Shown piece by piece: positions 43,459 to 53,313 of a stretch of 64,000 bases of DNA. Each line of letters begins with the position of its first letter. The stretch's first letter is position 1. The position numbers and the translations under genes were made by a program. The DNA comes from an uncultured Spirochaetota bacterium (GTDB taxonomy: Bacteria; Spirochaetota; Spirochaetia; SZUA-6; Fen-1364): contig CAWAHW010000005.1 in the NCBI GenBank assembly GCA_963781885.1, forward strand, positions 224,001-288,000, written 5' to 3'. The notes below the pieces were generated by a model that was given only the letters and a program-made list of their open reading frames with translations, searched no databases and was not told the DNA's origin.

Positions 43459-44226
43459 ATGGGAGGGCCCATTCTCACGATCAAAGGACTCTGTAAATCC
43501 TTCGGCGCTCTCCTTGCACTCGACAACGTTGATATAGAAATAGTCGCCGGCAGCATTCACGGCATCATCGGCCCGAACGGATCGGGAAAGACCACACTTT
43601 TCAATTGCATTACAGGCCTCCTCTCGCCTGACTCCGGCACAATTGCCATGGAGGACAGGGAGATCACCGGGAAGCGCGCCGACCTCATCTCCAATCTCGG
43701 GATACGGCGCACATTCCAGTCGGGCAAGCTCGTTCCGAGCTTGACGGTGCGGGAGAACGTGATGTGCGGCATCAACGACAAGGTCGGAAGAGCAGCCGTG
43801 GACGCGGCGTTCCGCCTTCCCTTCGTCCGCTCGCGGCGCGAGGACGAAATCTGCGACCGGGCCGAAAAGGTCCTCGGCCTCGTGGGCATGGCAGACAGCG
43901 CGAACCGGTGGGCCAGCGACCTTGTCTGGACGGAACGCCAGCTCGTCCAGATCGCCCGCGCGCTGGTCACCCAGCCGCGGCTCCTTCTCCTGGACGAGCC
44001 CGCCTCCGGCATGGGGGTGAAGGAAATTGAAAAGGTTGAGGAGATCATCACGCGCATCCGGGCGATGGGCATCACGGTGGTCGTGGTCAGCCACGACGTG
44101 AAGATGCTCATGAACCTGTCGGAAATGGTCACGGTGCTCAATTTCGGCCAGAAGATCGCCGAGGGTGTGCCGGAAGCCATTCAGAAAGATCCCCGTGTGC
44201 TGGAGGCCTACCTTGGCGTCCAGTAG
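43459..44226 (+). CDS. livG: HAAT/Liv-type ABC ATP-binding protein
   Basis: GPNGSGKTT, RTFQ, LDEPASG, EAYLG. Confidence 0.85.
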   Translation: MGGPILTIKGLCKSFGALLALDNVDIEIVAGSIHGIIGPNGSGKTTLFNCITGLLSPDSGTIAMEDREITGKRADLISNLGIRRTFQSGKLVPSLTVRENVMCGINDKVGRAAVDAAFRLPFVRSRREDEICDRAEKVLGLVGMADSANRWASDLVWTERQLVQIARALVTQPRLLLLDEPASGMGVKEIEKVEEIITRIRAMGITVVVVSHDVKMLMNLSEMVTVLNFGQKIAEGVPEAIQKDPRVLEAYLGVQ

Positions 44227-44977
44227 CGCGGCCGCTCCCTTCCGCGGTAACCGCGGAGTTGGCGGCATTCCGGCACCCCTGCTTTCCATCGAATCGCTTT
44301 CCGTGTCCTACGGCCACATCCGGGCCTTGAAAGGAGTGAGCCTCGAGGTCAATCGCGGCGAGATCGTCGTGCTCATCGGCGCCAACGGCGCGGGCAAGAC
44401 CACGCTTCTGGAGTCGGTGCTCGGCATCAACGCGCAGGTGACGGGCAGCGTCATCTTCGACGGGAAATCCATCAAGGGCCGCGCGGCGGACCGCAATGTC
44501 CGCTCAGGTTTGTGCCTCGTCCCGGAGGGACGCGGCGTTTTCGCCTCGATGAGCGTCCTGGACAATCTCCTCCTGGGCGCGCACAACAATATGCGCAACG
44601 TCACGGCGCACCTGGACCGGGTCTACGAATGGTTTCCCATCCTCCGACAGAGGCGCGACCAGGTGGCGCGCACCCTGAGCGGCGGCGAGCGCCAGATGCT
44701 CGCGATTGGACGCGCGCTCATGTCCGCGCCCCGCCTCATCATGGTGGACGAGCCCTCCATCGGGCTTGCGCCGATCGTCGTGAACGACATCTTTGCCATA
44801 TTGAAGAAGCTCAACGCGGAAGGTTATACGATCCTTCTCTCGGAGCAGAACGCGTACAAGGCGCTGCAGTGCGCGCACCGCGGCTACGTGATGGAAACTG
44901 GGCTTGTGACGCTCGCGGGGTCCTCCGCGCGCCTGTTGAGCGACCCCGGCGTCAAAGCCGCGTATCTGGGGGCATAG
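44213..44977 (+). CDS. livF: HAAT/Liv-type ABC ATP-binding protein
   Basis: GANGAGKTT, VPEGR, LSGGERQMLAIGRA; TTG start after GGAGG. Confidence 0.85.
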   Translation: MASSSAAAPFRGNRGVGGIPAPLLSIESLSVSYGHIRALKGVSLEVNRGEIVVLIGANGAGKTTLLESVLGINAQVTGSVIFDGKSIKGRAADRNVRSGLCLVPEGRGVFASMSVLDNLLLGAHNNMRNVTAHLDRVYEWFPILRQRRDQVARTLSGGERQMLAIGRALMSAPRLIMVDEPSIGLAPIVVNDIFAILKKLNAEGYTILLSEQNAYKALQCAHRGYVMETGLVTLAGSSARLLSDPGVKAAYLGA

Positions 44978-44980
44978 GGC

Positions 44981-45865
44981 ATGCAGGTTTTCATCGCCCA
45001 GGTCATCAACGGTCTTTCGACGGGAAGCATTTACGTGCTCCTCGTCACCGGCTTCAATCTCCTTCTTCTCGTGGCGATGATCATCCACTTCTCCTACCCG
45101 CAAGTAGTTGTCTTTTCCATGTATATAGCGTGGCTGGTGATGAAGTACACGGGCAACAGCGTCGTGCTGGGAATCCTCGCGGCCCTCGCCTCGTCCATTC
45201 TGCTGAGCCTCATTTCGGCACCGCTCTTCCAGAAGGTCATGAAGAAGCGCGGAGAGGTGGACATCAACACCAGCATGGTGCTTTCGATGGGCATCGGGAT
45301 GATCATCACGGATATTCTCTCCCACGCGTTCAACAGCGGCCTTCCCATCGCTTTCCCTGCTTCCCTCGTCGGCAGCGCCCCGCTGTTGCGCATCGGCCTG
45401 ATCAGCGTCACGACGGGCCAGGTGTGGTCGATGGGGATCGGCATCGTCGTCGTCAGCCTCTTCTTTCTGCTGCTCTACCGCACCCGGGCGGGCCGGGCCT
45501 TTCGTGCGATCGCGGAGGACCCCAGCGGCGCACGGCTGGTGGGCATCCCGCTCCTTCGCACCGGCCTGTACAGCTACACCCTTTCCGGGCTTCTCGGGGG
45601 AACCATCGCCGTGATGTTTGCCATGCTCCTGGGGTATGCCTCCCCGGGGCTGGGTGAGCAGGTTGCGCACAAGGTGCTCGCCGTCTCCATCATCGCGGGC
45701 CTGGGGAACCTCGTCGGTGGGCTCTTTGTCGGGCTTGGCCTGGGGATCCTGGAGGCGCTGGTCCAGGGCTACGTTCCGGGCTCCTGGTCGAATGCCATTG
45801 CATTCGTCATCATGCTCGTCATTATCCTGGTGAAGCCGAAGGGTCTCTTCGGCTCAAAGTTGTAG
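44981..45865 (+). CDS. livH: HAAT ABC permease
   Basis: NGLSTGSIY, GRAFRAIAED, KPKGLFG. Confidence 0.85.
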   Translation: MQVFIAQVINGLSTGSIYVLLVTGFNLLLLVAMIIHFSYPQVVVFSMYIAWLVMKYTGNSVVLGILAALASSILLSLISAPLFQKVMKKRGEVDINTSMVLSMGIGMIITDILSHAFNSGLPIAFPASLVGSAPLLRIGLISVTTGQVWSMGIGIVVVSLFFLLLYRTRAGRAFRAIAEDPSGARLVGIPLLRTGLYSYTLSGLLGGTIAVMFAMLLGYASPGLGEQVAHKVLAVSIIAGLGNLVGGLFVGLGLGILEALVQGYVPGSWSNAIAFVIMLVIILVKPKGLFGSKL

Positions 45866-45869
45866 GGGG

Positions 45870-46775
45870 ATGACGGTGCCGCTGCCGCTCTACTACTACA
45901 TGGCCATCGCCGCAGTGAACATTCTTCTGAGCTGGGCCATGTACCTCCCCTATAGGGTGGCACACCTGCACTTCATCGTCGTGGCGAACATGGCCATCTC
46001 CGGCTACACGGCGGCTTACCTCGTCATGAATCTCCACGTGCCCTTTGGCCTTGCGCTCGTCGCGGGTTTCGCATTGGGGGGCATCATCGGGTTCATTGTT
46101 TCCCTTTTCATTGGGGATGCGCCGACATTCGCCGTCGTCATCGTCGGATTTACATTCATCTTTATCACGCGCACCGTCATCGAGAACCTCAAGGCGGTGG
46201 GCGGGGCTTTGGGCATGTTCGGCCTCCCCAATATCGCGGCCACCCCAGGAGCCCACCGCTGGACCATGCTCGCCATCCTGTATGGCCTTGTGCTCCTTGT
46301 GGGATTCCTCATCCACAGGTTTGACAACTCGCGGCTGGGAAGGGCTGCCTCCGCCGTATTTGTCGACAAGGAGCTCGCCGCCTCGCTCGGAGTGGACATC
46401 AAAAAGCTCGGCATGCTCCTGCAGACGTTCAGCTGCACCATCGCGGGCGGCATCGGCGTGTTGTACGGTTTCATCTACAAGAGCCTGTACCTGACCTTCT
46501 TCGATTTCTCGCTGGTCGGCATCGCAATGACCGTCATCTTCGTGGGGGGATACGCGACGCAGTGGGGCGCGCTGGTGGTCGCTCCCATCCTCTACGGCGT
46601 CCCGCTTCTCTTCCCGCCTGCCATCCAGTCCTGGCGCATCGTCATCTACGGGGCGCTTCTCATCCTTGTCCTGGTGCTCAAACCGGAGGGCTTCCTCACG
46701 CGACGATTCGTTTATACTCTAGGCAGCTTTCTTTCGGGACACCGAAAGAAAAATCATAGACAGGAGGACATATGA
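45870..46775 (+). CDS. livM: HAAT ABC permease
   Basis: SRLGRA, AASLGVD, VGG, PEG; hydrophobic. Confidence 0.8.
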   Translation: MTVPLPLYYYMAIAAVNILLSWAMYLPYRVAHLHFIVVANMAISGYTAAYLVMNLHVPFGLALVAGFALGGIIGFIVSLFIGDAPTFAVVIVGFTFIFITRTVIENLKAVGGALGMFGLPNIAATPGAHRWTMLAILYGLVLLVGFLIHRFDNSRLGRAASAVFVDKELAASLGVDIKKLGMLLQTFSCTIAGGIGVLYGFIYKSLYLTFFDFSLVGIAMTVIFVGGYATQWGALVVAPILYGVPLLFPPAIQSWRIVIYGALLILVLVLKPEGFLTRRFVYTLGSFLSGHRKKNHRQEDI

Positions 46776-47929
46776 AGAAAGCACTTGGGCTGATTCTTGT
46801 GGCGCTTTTCCTGGCCTCGGGGCTCGGCTTCGGCCAGACGGTCGTCGCCAAGGAATGGGACATTCCTTTCCTGAACTGCCTCACCGGCCCCATCGCCGCC
46901 TACGGCGAGCTCTTCCAGTGGAGCGCCGAACGCGCCGCATCGGAGATCAACGCGGCCGGCGGCATCAAGGGCAAGCTCGTGAAGATCGTCGGCGTCGACA
47001 CCGGCTCCGACCCGCAGAAGGGTGCCGCGGACATGGCGTTCCTGGTGAACAGCACCCTCGTGGCCCTGGGCCCGGTTCCCGAGCCGGTCATCCTCGCCTC
47101 CATGCCCATCGCGGTGGAGGCCAAAATGGTCTCGATGACGGTGAGCACCTCGTACGAGTACGCCGCCAAGTTCTTCCCATGGACGGTGTCCTTCCTTCCG
47201 CCGACGGAGCAGCGACTTGCCCCGCTCGTCGCGGCCTGGGCGAAGAAGTTCCCCTCCATGAAGAAGGTCGTCCAGATCATGACCAACTACGGCCCCTGGC
47301 CCGGAATGGTCGATGCGCATGCGAAGGGGCTCACGTCCCTGGGCATCACGATGCTGCAGAACGTCGAGGTCCCGCAGGACGCGGTGACTTTCGGCCCGCT
47401 CGTCGTGAAGGCCCTGGACCAGAAGCCTGACGGCATCGTCATCTCCACATTCCCCGACAAGACGGCCAAGATCATCCAGGAGCTGAAGAGCCGCGGCTGG
47501 ACAAACATGAACCAGGTCCTGATATTCTCCAGCGGCGACGGTCCGGACCTCTACTCGACGGGAGGCAAGGATCTCAACGGCGTGTACATCTACAACTACC
47601 TCAACCCCGACTTCTCAAGCCCGCGCTGGGACGCGATGAAGGCCGCCTACAGCAAGGATCACAACGGCACCGAGGCGCCGAGCCTCCTCACCAACTACTA
47701 CGACGCTGTTTTCATGATCAAGGAAGCCATTGAGAAGACCGCTGTCACGGGGGATCCCTCGAAGCTCGCCGCCGAGCGCAAGATGATCTCCGACTACATC
47801 GCCAACGTGAAGGGCTTCCAGGGCGTCATGGGCGCCTGGGACATGGTCAACGGCGTTGCGATGAACAAGCCCAACTATATCTTCATGATCCAGGATGGGA
47901 AGAAGGTCAACGCGACCGTGGTGCGCTGA
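46772..47929 (+). CDS. HAAT ABC substrate-binding protein
   Basis: Signal peptide, LTGPIAAYG, EINAAGGIKG, YDAV. Confidence 0.85.
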   Translation: MKKALGLILVALFLASGLGFGQTVVAKEWDIPFLNCLTGPIAAYGELFQWSAERAASEINAAGGIKGKLVKIVGVDTGSDPQKGAADMAFLVNSTLVALGPVPEPVILASMPIAVEAKMVSMTVSTSYEYAAKFFPWTVSFLPPTEQRLAPLVAAWAKKFPSMKKVVQIMTNYGPWPGMVDAHAKGLTSLGITMLQNVEVPQDAVTFGPLVVKALDQKPDGIVISTFPDKTAKIIQELKSRGWTNMNQVLIFSSGDGPDLYSTGGKDLNGVYIYNYLNPDFSSPRWDAMKAAYSKDHNGTEAPSLLTNYYDAVFMIKEAIEKTAVTGDPSKLAAERKMISDYIANVKGFQGVMGAWDMVNGVAMNKPNYIFMIQDGKKVNATVVR

Positions 47930-47958
47930 GGCGCAGCGCGGGCAATCCGCGCAAATGG

Positions 47959-47990
47959 AAAAAAAGGGGCTCCCCCGGGGGCCCCTTTCT
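47959..47990. terminator. Bidirectional intrinsic terminator
   Basis: A7-GGGGCTCC...GGGGCCCC-TTTCT between convergent genes. Confidence 0.7.
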
Positions 47991-48957
47991 ATTTCACGCT
48001 CATGTCCCGAAAGGAGGGCACGCCGCGCAGCTTCTCCGCCGAGCGCACGGCATTCACCACCGCCTGCGCCGTTACCTCGGCAGCGAGTGCCCCCACGCGG
48101 TTTGGATCCGCTTGCTGCTGCCCCGCGCCCATGCAGAAAATGACATCCCCGTCCCCCAGCGTATGCACGGGATTTATTGTCCGCGCCAGACCATCCTGCG
48201 CCATGATTGCGATGCGCGTCGCGGTGGCCTTCGTCAGCAGCGCGTTTGTGGCCACGACGCCGATGGTCGTGTTGGTGGGAAAGCCTTCCTTGTAAAGGCC
48301 GTCGGCCGATCTGAGCAGGCTCATTGCGCCGGCGATTCTGCTCCTGTCTGCGGTGAGTGTGCCTGCCAGAAGCACCCCGGTCGCGGGGTCCGAGACGTCA
48401 CCGTTGCAGTTCACGACGACCAGCGCGCCAACGACGAGGCTGCCCACCTGCACGCTCGCCGTGCCCAGACCGCCTTTCATCATGCCCTTGATATTCCCGA
48501 CAAGCCTTCCGATGGCGGCCCCCGTGCCTGCCCCGACATTTCCCTGGCGTTTTTCGTGCGCGGAAGCGTTGTCGCACGCGGCGTAGCCCATCGCAGCGTC
48601 AGGCCGCGCTTTTCCTTCCGTGAAGCCCAGATCGTTGAGGACCGCGCCCGGAACGATCGGGACGAGCGCCACACCGACGTCGAAGCCGATCCTGCGTTCC
48701 TCCAGGAACCGCATGATCCCTCCGCCGCAGTCAAGGCCGTATGCGCTTCCCCCGGCAAGAAAGACCGCGTGTGCGACCGGAATGACATTCTCCGGGCGCA
48801 GCGCATCGGTCTCGCGCGTGCCCGGCGCGCCGCCGGATGCGCTCACACCCGTCACCGCGCCCGCGCGGCAGATAATGACCGTGCAGCCGGTGCCCCCCTC
48901 CAGGTCCTGGGCGTGACCGACCTCGATGCCGGCGACGTCCGTGATGGAACCGCTCAT
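47989..48957 (-). CDS. P1/S58 (DmpA-like) peptidase
   Basis: SITDVAGIEVGH, GGAPGTRETD, GGSAYGL, GAGTGA, NTTIGVVATNA, DGD. Confidence 0.9.
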   Translation of the reverse strand: MSGSITDVAGIEVGHAQDLEGGTGCTVIICRAGAVTGVSASGGAPGTRETDALRPENVIPVAHAVFLAGGSAYGLDCGGGIMRFLEERRIGFDVGVALVPIVPGAVLNDLGFTEGKARPDAAMGYAACDNASAHEKRQGNVGAGTGAAIGRLVGNIKGMMKGGLGTASVQVGSLVVGALVVVNCNGDVSDPATGVLLAGTLTADRSRIAGAMSLLRSADGLYKEGFPTNTTIGVVATNALLTKATATRIAIMAQDGLARTINPVHTLGDGDVIFCMGAGQQQADPNRVGALAAEVTAQAVVNAVRSAEKLRGVPSFRDMSVK

Positions 48958-49100
48958 GTGTCTGCCTCTCACGTGCTGAATTGATCCCCGAGCGGGAACG
49001 CCCACAAAGAGATGCCGCGGGGCGCAGATCGACATTGAACCCGGCGTGACGCCTTGTCAACGCGGCCACGGCGTCCCGTGGCTGCGCAAAATGACTCCGC

Positions 49101-49129
49101 TTGCACCGGCGCGCCAATTGCGTTAATCT
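49101..49129 (+). promoter_or_regulatory. Putative panB promoter TTGCAC-17-TAATCT
   Basis: Read directly upstream of the GAGGAG RBS. Confidence 0.5.
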
Positions 49130-49158
49130 CAGTGACACCCCTGTGAGGAGCATGCAAC

Positions 49159-50013
49159 ATGAGCGACATCAAGAAGATCATGATCCCTGACCTGCTGGCG
49201 ATGAAGAAAAGCGGAAAGAAAATTTCGATGATCACAGCGTACACGTTCCCGCAGGCGCAGTGCGTGGACGAGGCGGGCATCGACATCATCCTGGTGGGAG
49301 ACAGCCTCGGCATGGTCGAGCTGGGTTACAAGGACACCGTGCCCGTGACGATGGACGAGATGCTGAGCCATACGCGCGCGGTCATGCGCGGTGTGACGCG
49401 CAGCCACGTGGTGGGCGACATGCCCTTCATGTCGTACAACATCAGCCGCGAGCAGGCGGTGACGAATGCCGGCATCCTGTACAAGGACGGCGGATGCGAC
49501 TCGGTGAAGCTGGAGGGCGGCCAGGAGATGGCGCCCATGGTGAAGGCGATCGTCACGGCAGGCATCCCGGTTTTCGGCCATATCGGCCTGACCCCGCAGA
49601 CGGCGAACATGCTCGGCGGCTTCAAGGTGCAGGGCAAGTCGCTGGACGCCGCGCGCAAGGTGGTGGATGACGCGCTGGCCCTCGAAGAGGCGGGCGTCTT
49701 TGCCATCGTCCTGGAAGCCATTCCGCGGCAGCTCGCCGCGATCATCACGGAAAAGCTTTCCGTGCCGACAATCGGGATCGGCGGCGGCCTGTCGTGCGAC
49801 GGGCAGGTGCTCGTGCTCCACGACCTCGTGGGGCTCTTCCGCAGATTCACGCCAAAGTTCGTGAAGGTGTATGCCGACATCTATGCCGTCCAGCTCCAGG
49901 CGGTGAAGGCGTATGTTTCCGACGTGCAGGAAAAGAAATTCCCGGCGGAGGAACACACGTACACGATGAAGGATGAAGCGGTGGCCGAGCTCCGCAAGGC
50001 CCTGCACATGTAG
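49159..50013 (+). CDS. panB: 3-methyl-2-oxobutanoate hydroxymethyltransferase
   Basis: LVGDSLG, DMPFMSY, VKLEGG, GHIGLTPQ, DGQVLV. Confidence 0.95.
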   Translation: MSDIKKIMIPDLLAMKKSGKKISMITAYTFPQAQCVDEAGIDIILVGDSLGMVELGYKDTVPVTMDEMLSHTRAVMRGVTRSHVVGDMPFMSYNISREQAVTNAGILYKDGGCDSVKLEGGQEMAPMVKAIVTAGIPVFGHIGLTPQTANMLGGFKVQGKSLDAARKVVDDALALEEAGVFAIVLEAIPRQLAAIITEKLSVPTIGIGGGLSCDGQVLVLHDLVGLFRRFTPKFVKVYADIYAVQLQAVKAYVSDVQEKKFPAEEHTYTMKDEAVAELRKALHM

Positions 50014-50024
50014 GGGACGCGGCC

Positions 50025-50969
50025 GTGATAGAAGCCCTCGGTCTGTCGAAACGGTACGGCACGCTGGAAGCAGTCCGCGACGTCTCGTTCACTGTCGGCG
50101 CGGGAGAGATACTCGGCCTGCTCGGACCCAACGGGGCGGGCAAGACCACGATCATGAAGATCCTCACCTGCGGGCTTTTCCCCACGGCCGGGACCGCCCG
50201 GGTGGGCGGCAACGACGTGCTGACGGCGCCGCTGGCAGTCAAGGAATCCATCGGCTATCTGCCGGAGAATGCCCCGCTGTATCCCGACCTCACGGTCCGT
50301 GAATACCTTCGATTCATCGGTGACGCCCGCGGTCTCCGCCGCGCGGAATGGCTGCGTGCCCTGGAGCGGGTCGTCGGCGCGTGCGCTCTTTCCGACGTGA
50401 TCGACCGGCCGATCGGCGAGCTGTCCAAGGGATACCGGCAGCGCACGGGGCTTGCGCAGGCGCTCCTGCACGATCCGCGCATCCTCATCCTCGACGAGCC
50501 TACGACAGGGCTGGATCCCAGCCAGATCGTGGAGATACGCGAGCTCATCCGCAAGCTGGGAACGGAAAGGACCGTCATGCTCTCCTCCCACATCCTCCAG
50601 GAGGTCGAGGCCACCTGCCATCGCGTCCTCATCCTGTCCGCGGGGAGGGTCGTCGCGCAGGGGACAAAGGAGGAGATGGAGCGGGGCATGCGCGGGGAGA
50701 CCCTTCTGGACCTCACCCTGCGCGCGCCTTCCGCGCTGGACACCGCGCCGCTTGCGAAGGTGCACGGCGTGCGGCGCATCGTCTCGGAGTCGGCCGGCCC
50801 GGAAGGCAGGCGGGAGCTGCGCCTGGCGCTCGCACCCGACGCGGGCGCGGAGGAGGCCGTATTCGATTGGGTCGCGTCGCAGGGGGCGAAGATCGTCGCC
50901 ATGGTGCCGCAGCGCATCAGCCTGGAGGACATCTTCCTTTCGCTCACGGAAAGGCAGCAGGAGACATGA
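50025..50969 (+). CDS. GldA-like ABC ATP-binding protein
   Basis: GPNGAGKTT, LSKGYRQR, DEPTTGLDP, SSHILQEV. Confidence 0.85.
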   Translation: MIEALGLSKRYGTLEAVRDVSFTVGAGEILGLLGPNGAGKTTIMKILTCGLFPTAGTARVGGNDVLTAPLAVKESIGYLPENAPLYPDLTVREYLRFIGDARGLRRAEWLRALERVVGACALSDVIDRPIGELSKGYRQRTGLAQALLHDPRILILDEPTTGLDPSQIVEIRELIRKLGTERTVMLSSHILQEVEATCHRVLILSAGRVVAQGTKEEMERGMRGETLLDLTLRAPSALDTAPLAKVHGVRRIVSESAGPEGRRELRLALAPDAGAEEAVFDWVASQGAKIVAMVPQRISLEDIFLSLTERQQET

Positions 50970-51685
50970 AGACCATGACCATTGCGCGCCGCGAGCTGCA
51001 GGCGGCGTTCAATTCCCCCGTCGCCTACATCGTCGCGGTTGCCTACCTCGTCTTCACGACCGTGTGGGTCTTTTTCCTCAACAGTTTCTTCGCCCAGAAC
51101 GAGGCGTCGCTCCGCGTCTACTTCACCATCGTGCCCACCGTGTTCATCTTCCTCGTTCCCGCCCTCACGATGCGCTCGTGGGCCGAGGAAAGGAGAATGG
51201 GGACGCTGGAGGTCCTTCTTTCACTCCCGTTCCGCGAAGGGGAGGTGGTGCTGGGAAAGTTCGTCGGCATCTTCGGGCTGCTCTTCCTCGTGGTCGTCCT
51301 GTCGCTTCCCCTGCCTCTCTCCCTCTCCCGTCTGGGGCTTTTCGACTGGGGACAGATCGCCGGGCAGTACATCGGGGTGCTCCTGATCGGCGCCGCCGGC
51401 ATCTCCGTGGGGCTTTTCATCTCGGCGTTGTCGACCAACCAGGTCGCCGCGTTCATCCTCACTGGTCTTGCACTCGTTGCGCTCACTCTTGCCGGCCAGC
51501 TTCAACAATTGGTCGGCATGCCGGACTGGCTTTCCGCCGCCCTGGGCTACGTTTCCTTCGGGCATCACTTCGACAGCTTCAACCGCGGCATCATTGACAG
51601 CCGCGACCTGCTCTATTTCCTGCTCGCCATCGCGCTCTTCCTCTTTCTGAACGTGCGGGTATTGGTGGTGAGGAAGTCGTCATGA
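50966..51685 (+). CDS. GldF-like ABC-2 permease
   Basis: FNSPVAY, PALTMRSWAEERRMGTLE, RGIIDSRD. Confidence 0.85.
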   Translation: MKTMTIARRELQAAFNSPVAYIVAVAYLVFTTVWVFFLNSFFAQNEASLRVYFTIVPTVFIFLVPALTMRSWAEERRMGTLEVLLSLPFREGEVVLGKFVGIFGLLFLVVVLSLPLPLSLSRLGLFDWGQIAGQYIGVLLIGAAGISVGLFISALSTNQVAAFILTGLALVALTLAGQLQQLVGMPDWLSAALGYVSFGHHFDSFNRGIIDSRDLLYFLLAIALFLFLNVRVLVVRKSS

Positions 51686-53313
51686 GGGCGCGGGCAACCG
51701 GACACCAGCCGCGGAGCCCCGTCAAAACGCGCGAGCTTCAGCGCCGCGTGATTGCGCTGCTCGTCGTGCTCGACATGCTGCTCGCGTTCCTGGTGAGCGC
51801 GCGCTTCTTTTTCCGCGCGGACCTGAGCCGCAATGGGATCTACACGCTTTCCGCCGCCACGCGTTCCATGGCTGCGGGCCTGCCGGAGCCTCTTTCCATC
51901 ACCTATTACGTCTCCGACACGCTGCGCAGCCGCTCGCTTTTCCCCTCTCAGATCCAGGACCTGCTGGACGAATATGCCACGTGGTCGCGCGGCCGCATCA
52001 GCGTGCGCGCGGTGGACCCCCTGAAGTCCGGGCAGCCCGGCAACGTGGAATCGCTCGGGGTGCAGGCGCGGCAGATGCAGGTCGTGGAACGCGACCAGGT
52101 CAACGTTGCCACGGTCTACAGCGGCATCGTGCTGCGCTACCTCGACAGGGTCGCGGCGCTGCCATTCGTGTCCGATCTCTCCACGCTCGAATACGACCTT
52201 TCCTCGCAGATCCGCGCGCTCGTTTCCGCCCGCACGCGGACGATCGGCGTCCTGCTGGGAGACGCGCGCAGGAGCCTCGGCCAGGATTACCGCTACCTCC
52301 AGCAGGAGCTGGGCTTCCAGTTCAAGGTACAGGAGGTGGAGCGCGGCAACGCGATCCCCGCGGAGGTGGGTGTGCTCTTCGTGATCGGCACCCATGATAT
52401 GGACGACGCGGCAACCTTTGCCGTGGACCAGTTCATCATGCGCGGGGGCAAGGTGCTTTTCGCGGTGGACCCCGTGGACGTCGATCTTGCGGCGGGCCTC
52501 GCGGCTAGGGTAAACAAGAATACGGCGGTCGAAGACTCTCTCGGCGTTTACGGCGCCCGCGTCACCCCTGAGATCGTCCTGGACACGCTCGACCAGCGCA
52601 TCTCTTTCAGCATCCAGCAGGGCAGGTACATGATCGTGCCCTATCCCGCGTGGATCGCCGTTGCGGCGCGCAACGCGGATGCCACCCACCCCATCACCGC
52701 GCGCTTCGGCGGGCTGGACCTGTACTGGGCGGCGCCCGTGACGCCGATCGAGCGCCAGGGCGTGACGGCGGAGGTGCTTGCGCGGACGTCGCCGAACGCC
52801 TGGACGATGAAGGAGCCTTTTGAAACCAACCCGATGATCATGCAGACCATGAAGGGGCCGACGGAGGGATCCCCTTCCCAGATCGATGTCGCGCTGGCGC
52901 TCACGGGCACATTCCGAAGCGGCTATGCCGGCCGCCCGGTGCCGGCCCGGCCCGGCGACACGGCGTCGCCCCCTGCCGCAACGCAAAGCCCGCCGACACG
53001 CATCATCGTGGTGGGCGACGCCGCCTTTGCCTCGGACATCGCCCAGTATACGCAGGCGAGCTACAACATGACCTTCCTCTCCAATTGCGCCGAATGGCTT
53101 TCGCAGGAGGACGACCTGCTGGCGATCAAGACGCGCGCGCAGACCGACACGCGTCTGGACAGGCTTCCCGATCCGGCGGCAAAGGCCGCGGCGATGCAGA
53201 CAAGCATCGCGCTGAACGTTGCAATCGTGCCGCTTCTGGTCATCCTGGCGGGGGTGATCCGGCTCCTGCGGAGAAGGGGGCGAAAGCATGAGTCGCCGGG
53301 AGAATCGGCATGA
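51682..53313 (+). CDS. GldG-like ABC auxiliary protein
   Basis: DLS..YTLS, LEYDL, DQFIMRGG, WLSQEDDLLAIK. Confidence 0.85.
   Translation: MRARATGHQPRSPVKTRELQRRVIALLVVLDMLLAFLVSARFFFRADLSRNGIYTLSAATRSMAAGLPEPLSITYYVSDTLRSRSLFPSQIQDLLDEYATWSRGRISVRAVDPLKSGQPGNVESLGVQARQMQVVERDQVNVATVYSGIVLRYLDRVAALPFVSDLSTLEYDLSSQIRALVSARTRTIGVLLGDARRSLGQDYRYLQQELGFQFKVQEVERGNAIPAEVGVLFVIGTHDMDDAATFAVDQFIMRGGKVLFAVDPVDVDLAAGLAARVNKNTAVEDSLGVYGARVTPEIVLDTLDQRISFSIQQGRYMIVPYPAWIAVAARNADATHPITARFGGLDLYWAAPVTPIERQGVTAEVLARTSPNAWTMKEPFETNPMIMQTMKGPTEGSPSQIDVALALTGTFRSGYAGRPVPARPGDTASPPAATQSPPTRIIVVGDAAFASDIAQYTQASYNMTFLSNCAEWLSQEDDLLAIKTRAQTDTRLDRLPDPAAKAAAMQTSIALNVAIVPLLVILAGVIRLLRRRGRKHESPGESA

Noticed and set aside
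43140-43620. Locally lower GC suggesting an insertion boundary
   Set aside because: Reading frames are continuous and there are no att sites or IS ends; explained by an internal promoter region
48958-49158. Riboswitch or pan RNA motif upstream of panB
   Set aside because: The predicted promoter leaves only about 25 nt of leader; no recognisable aptamer
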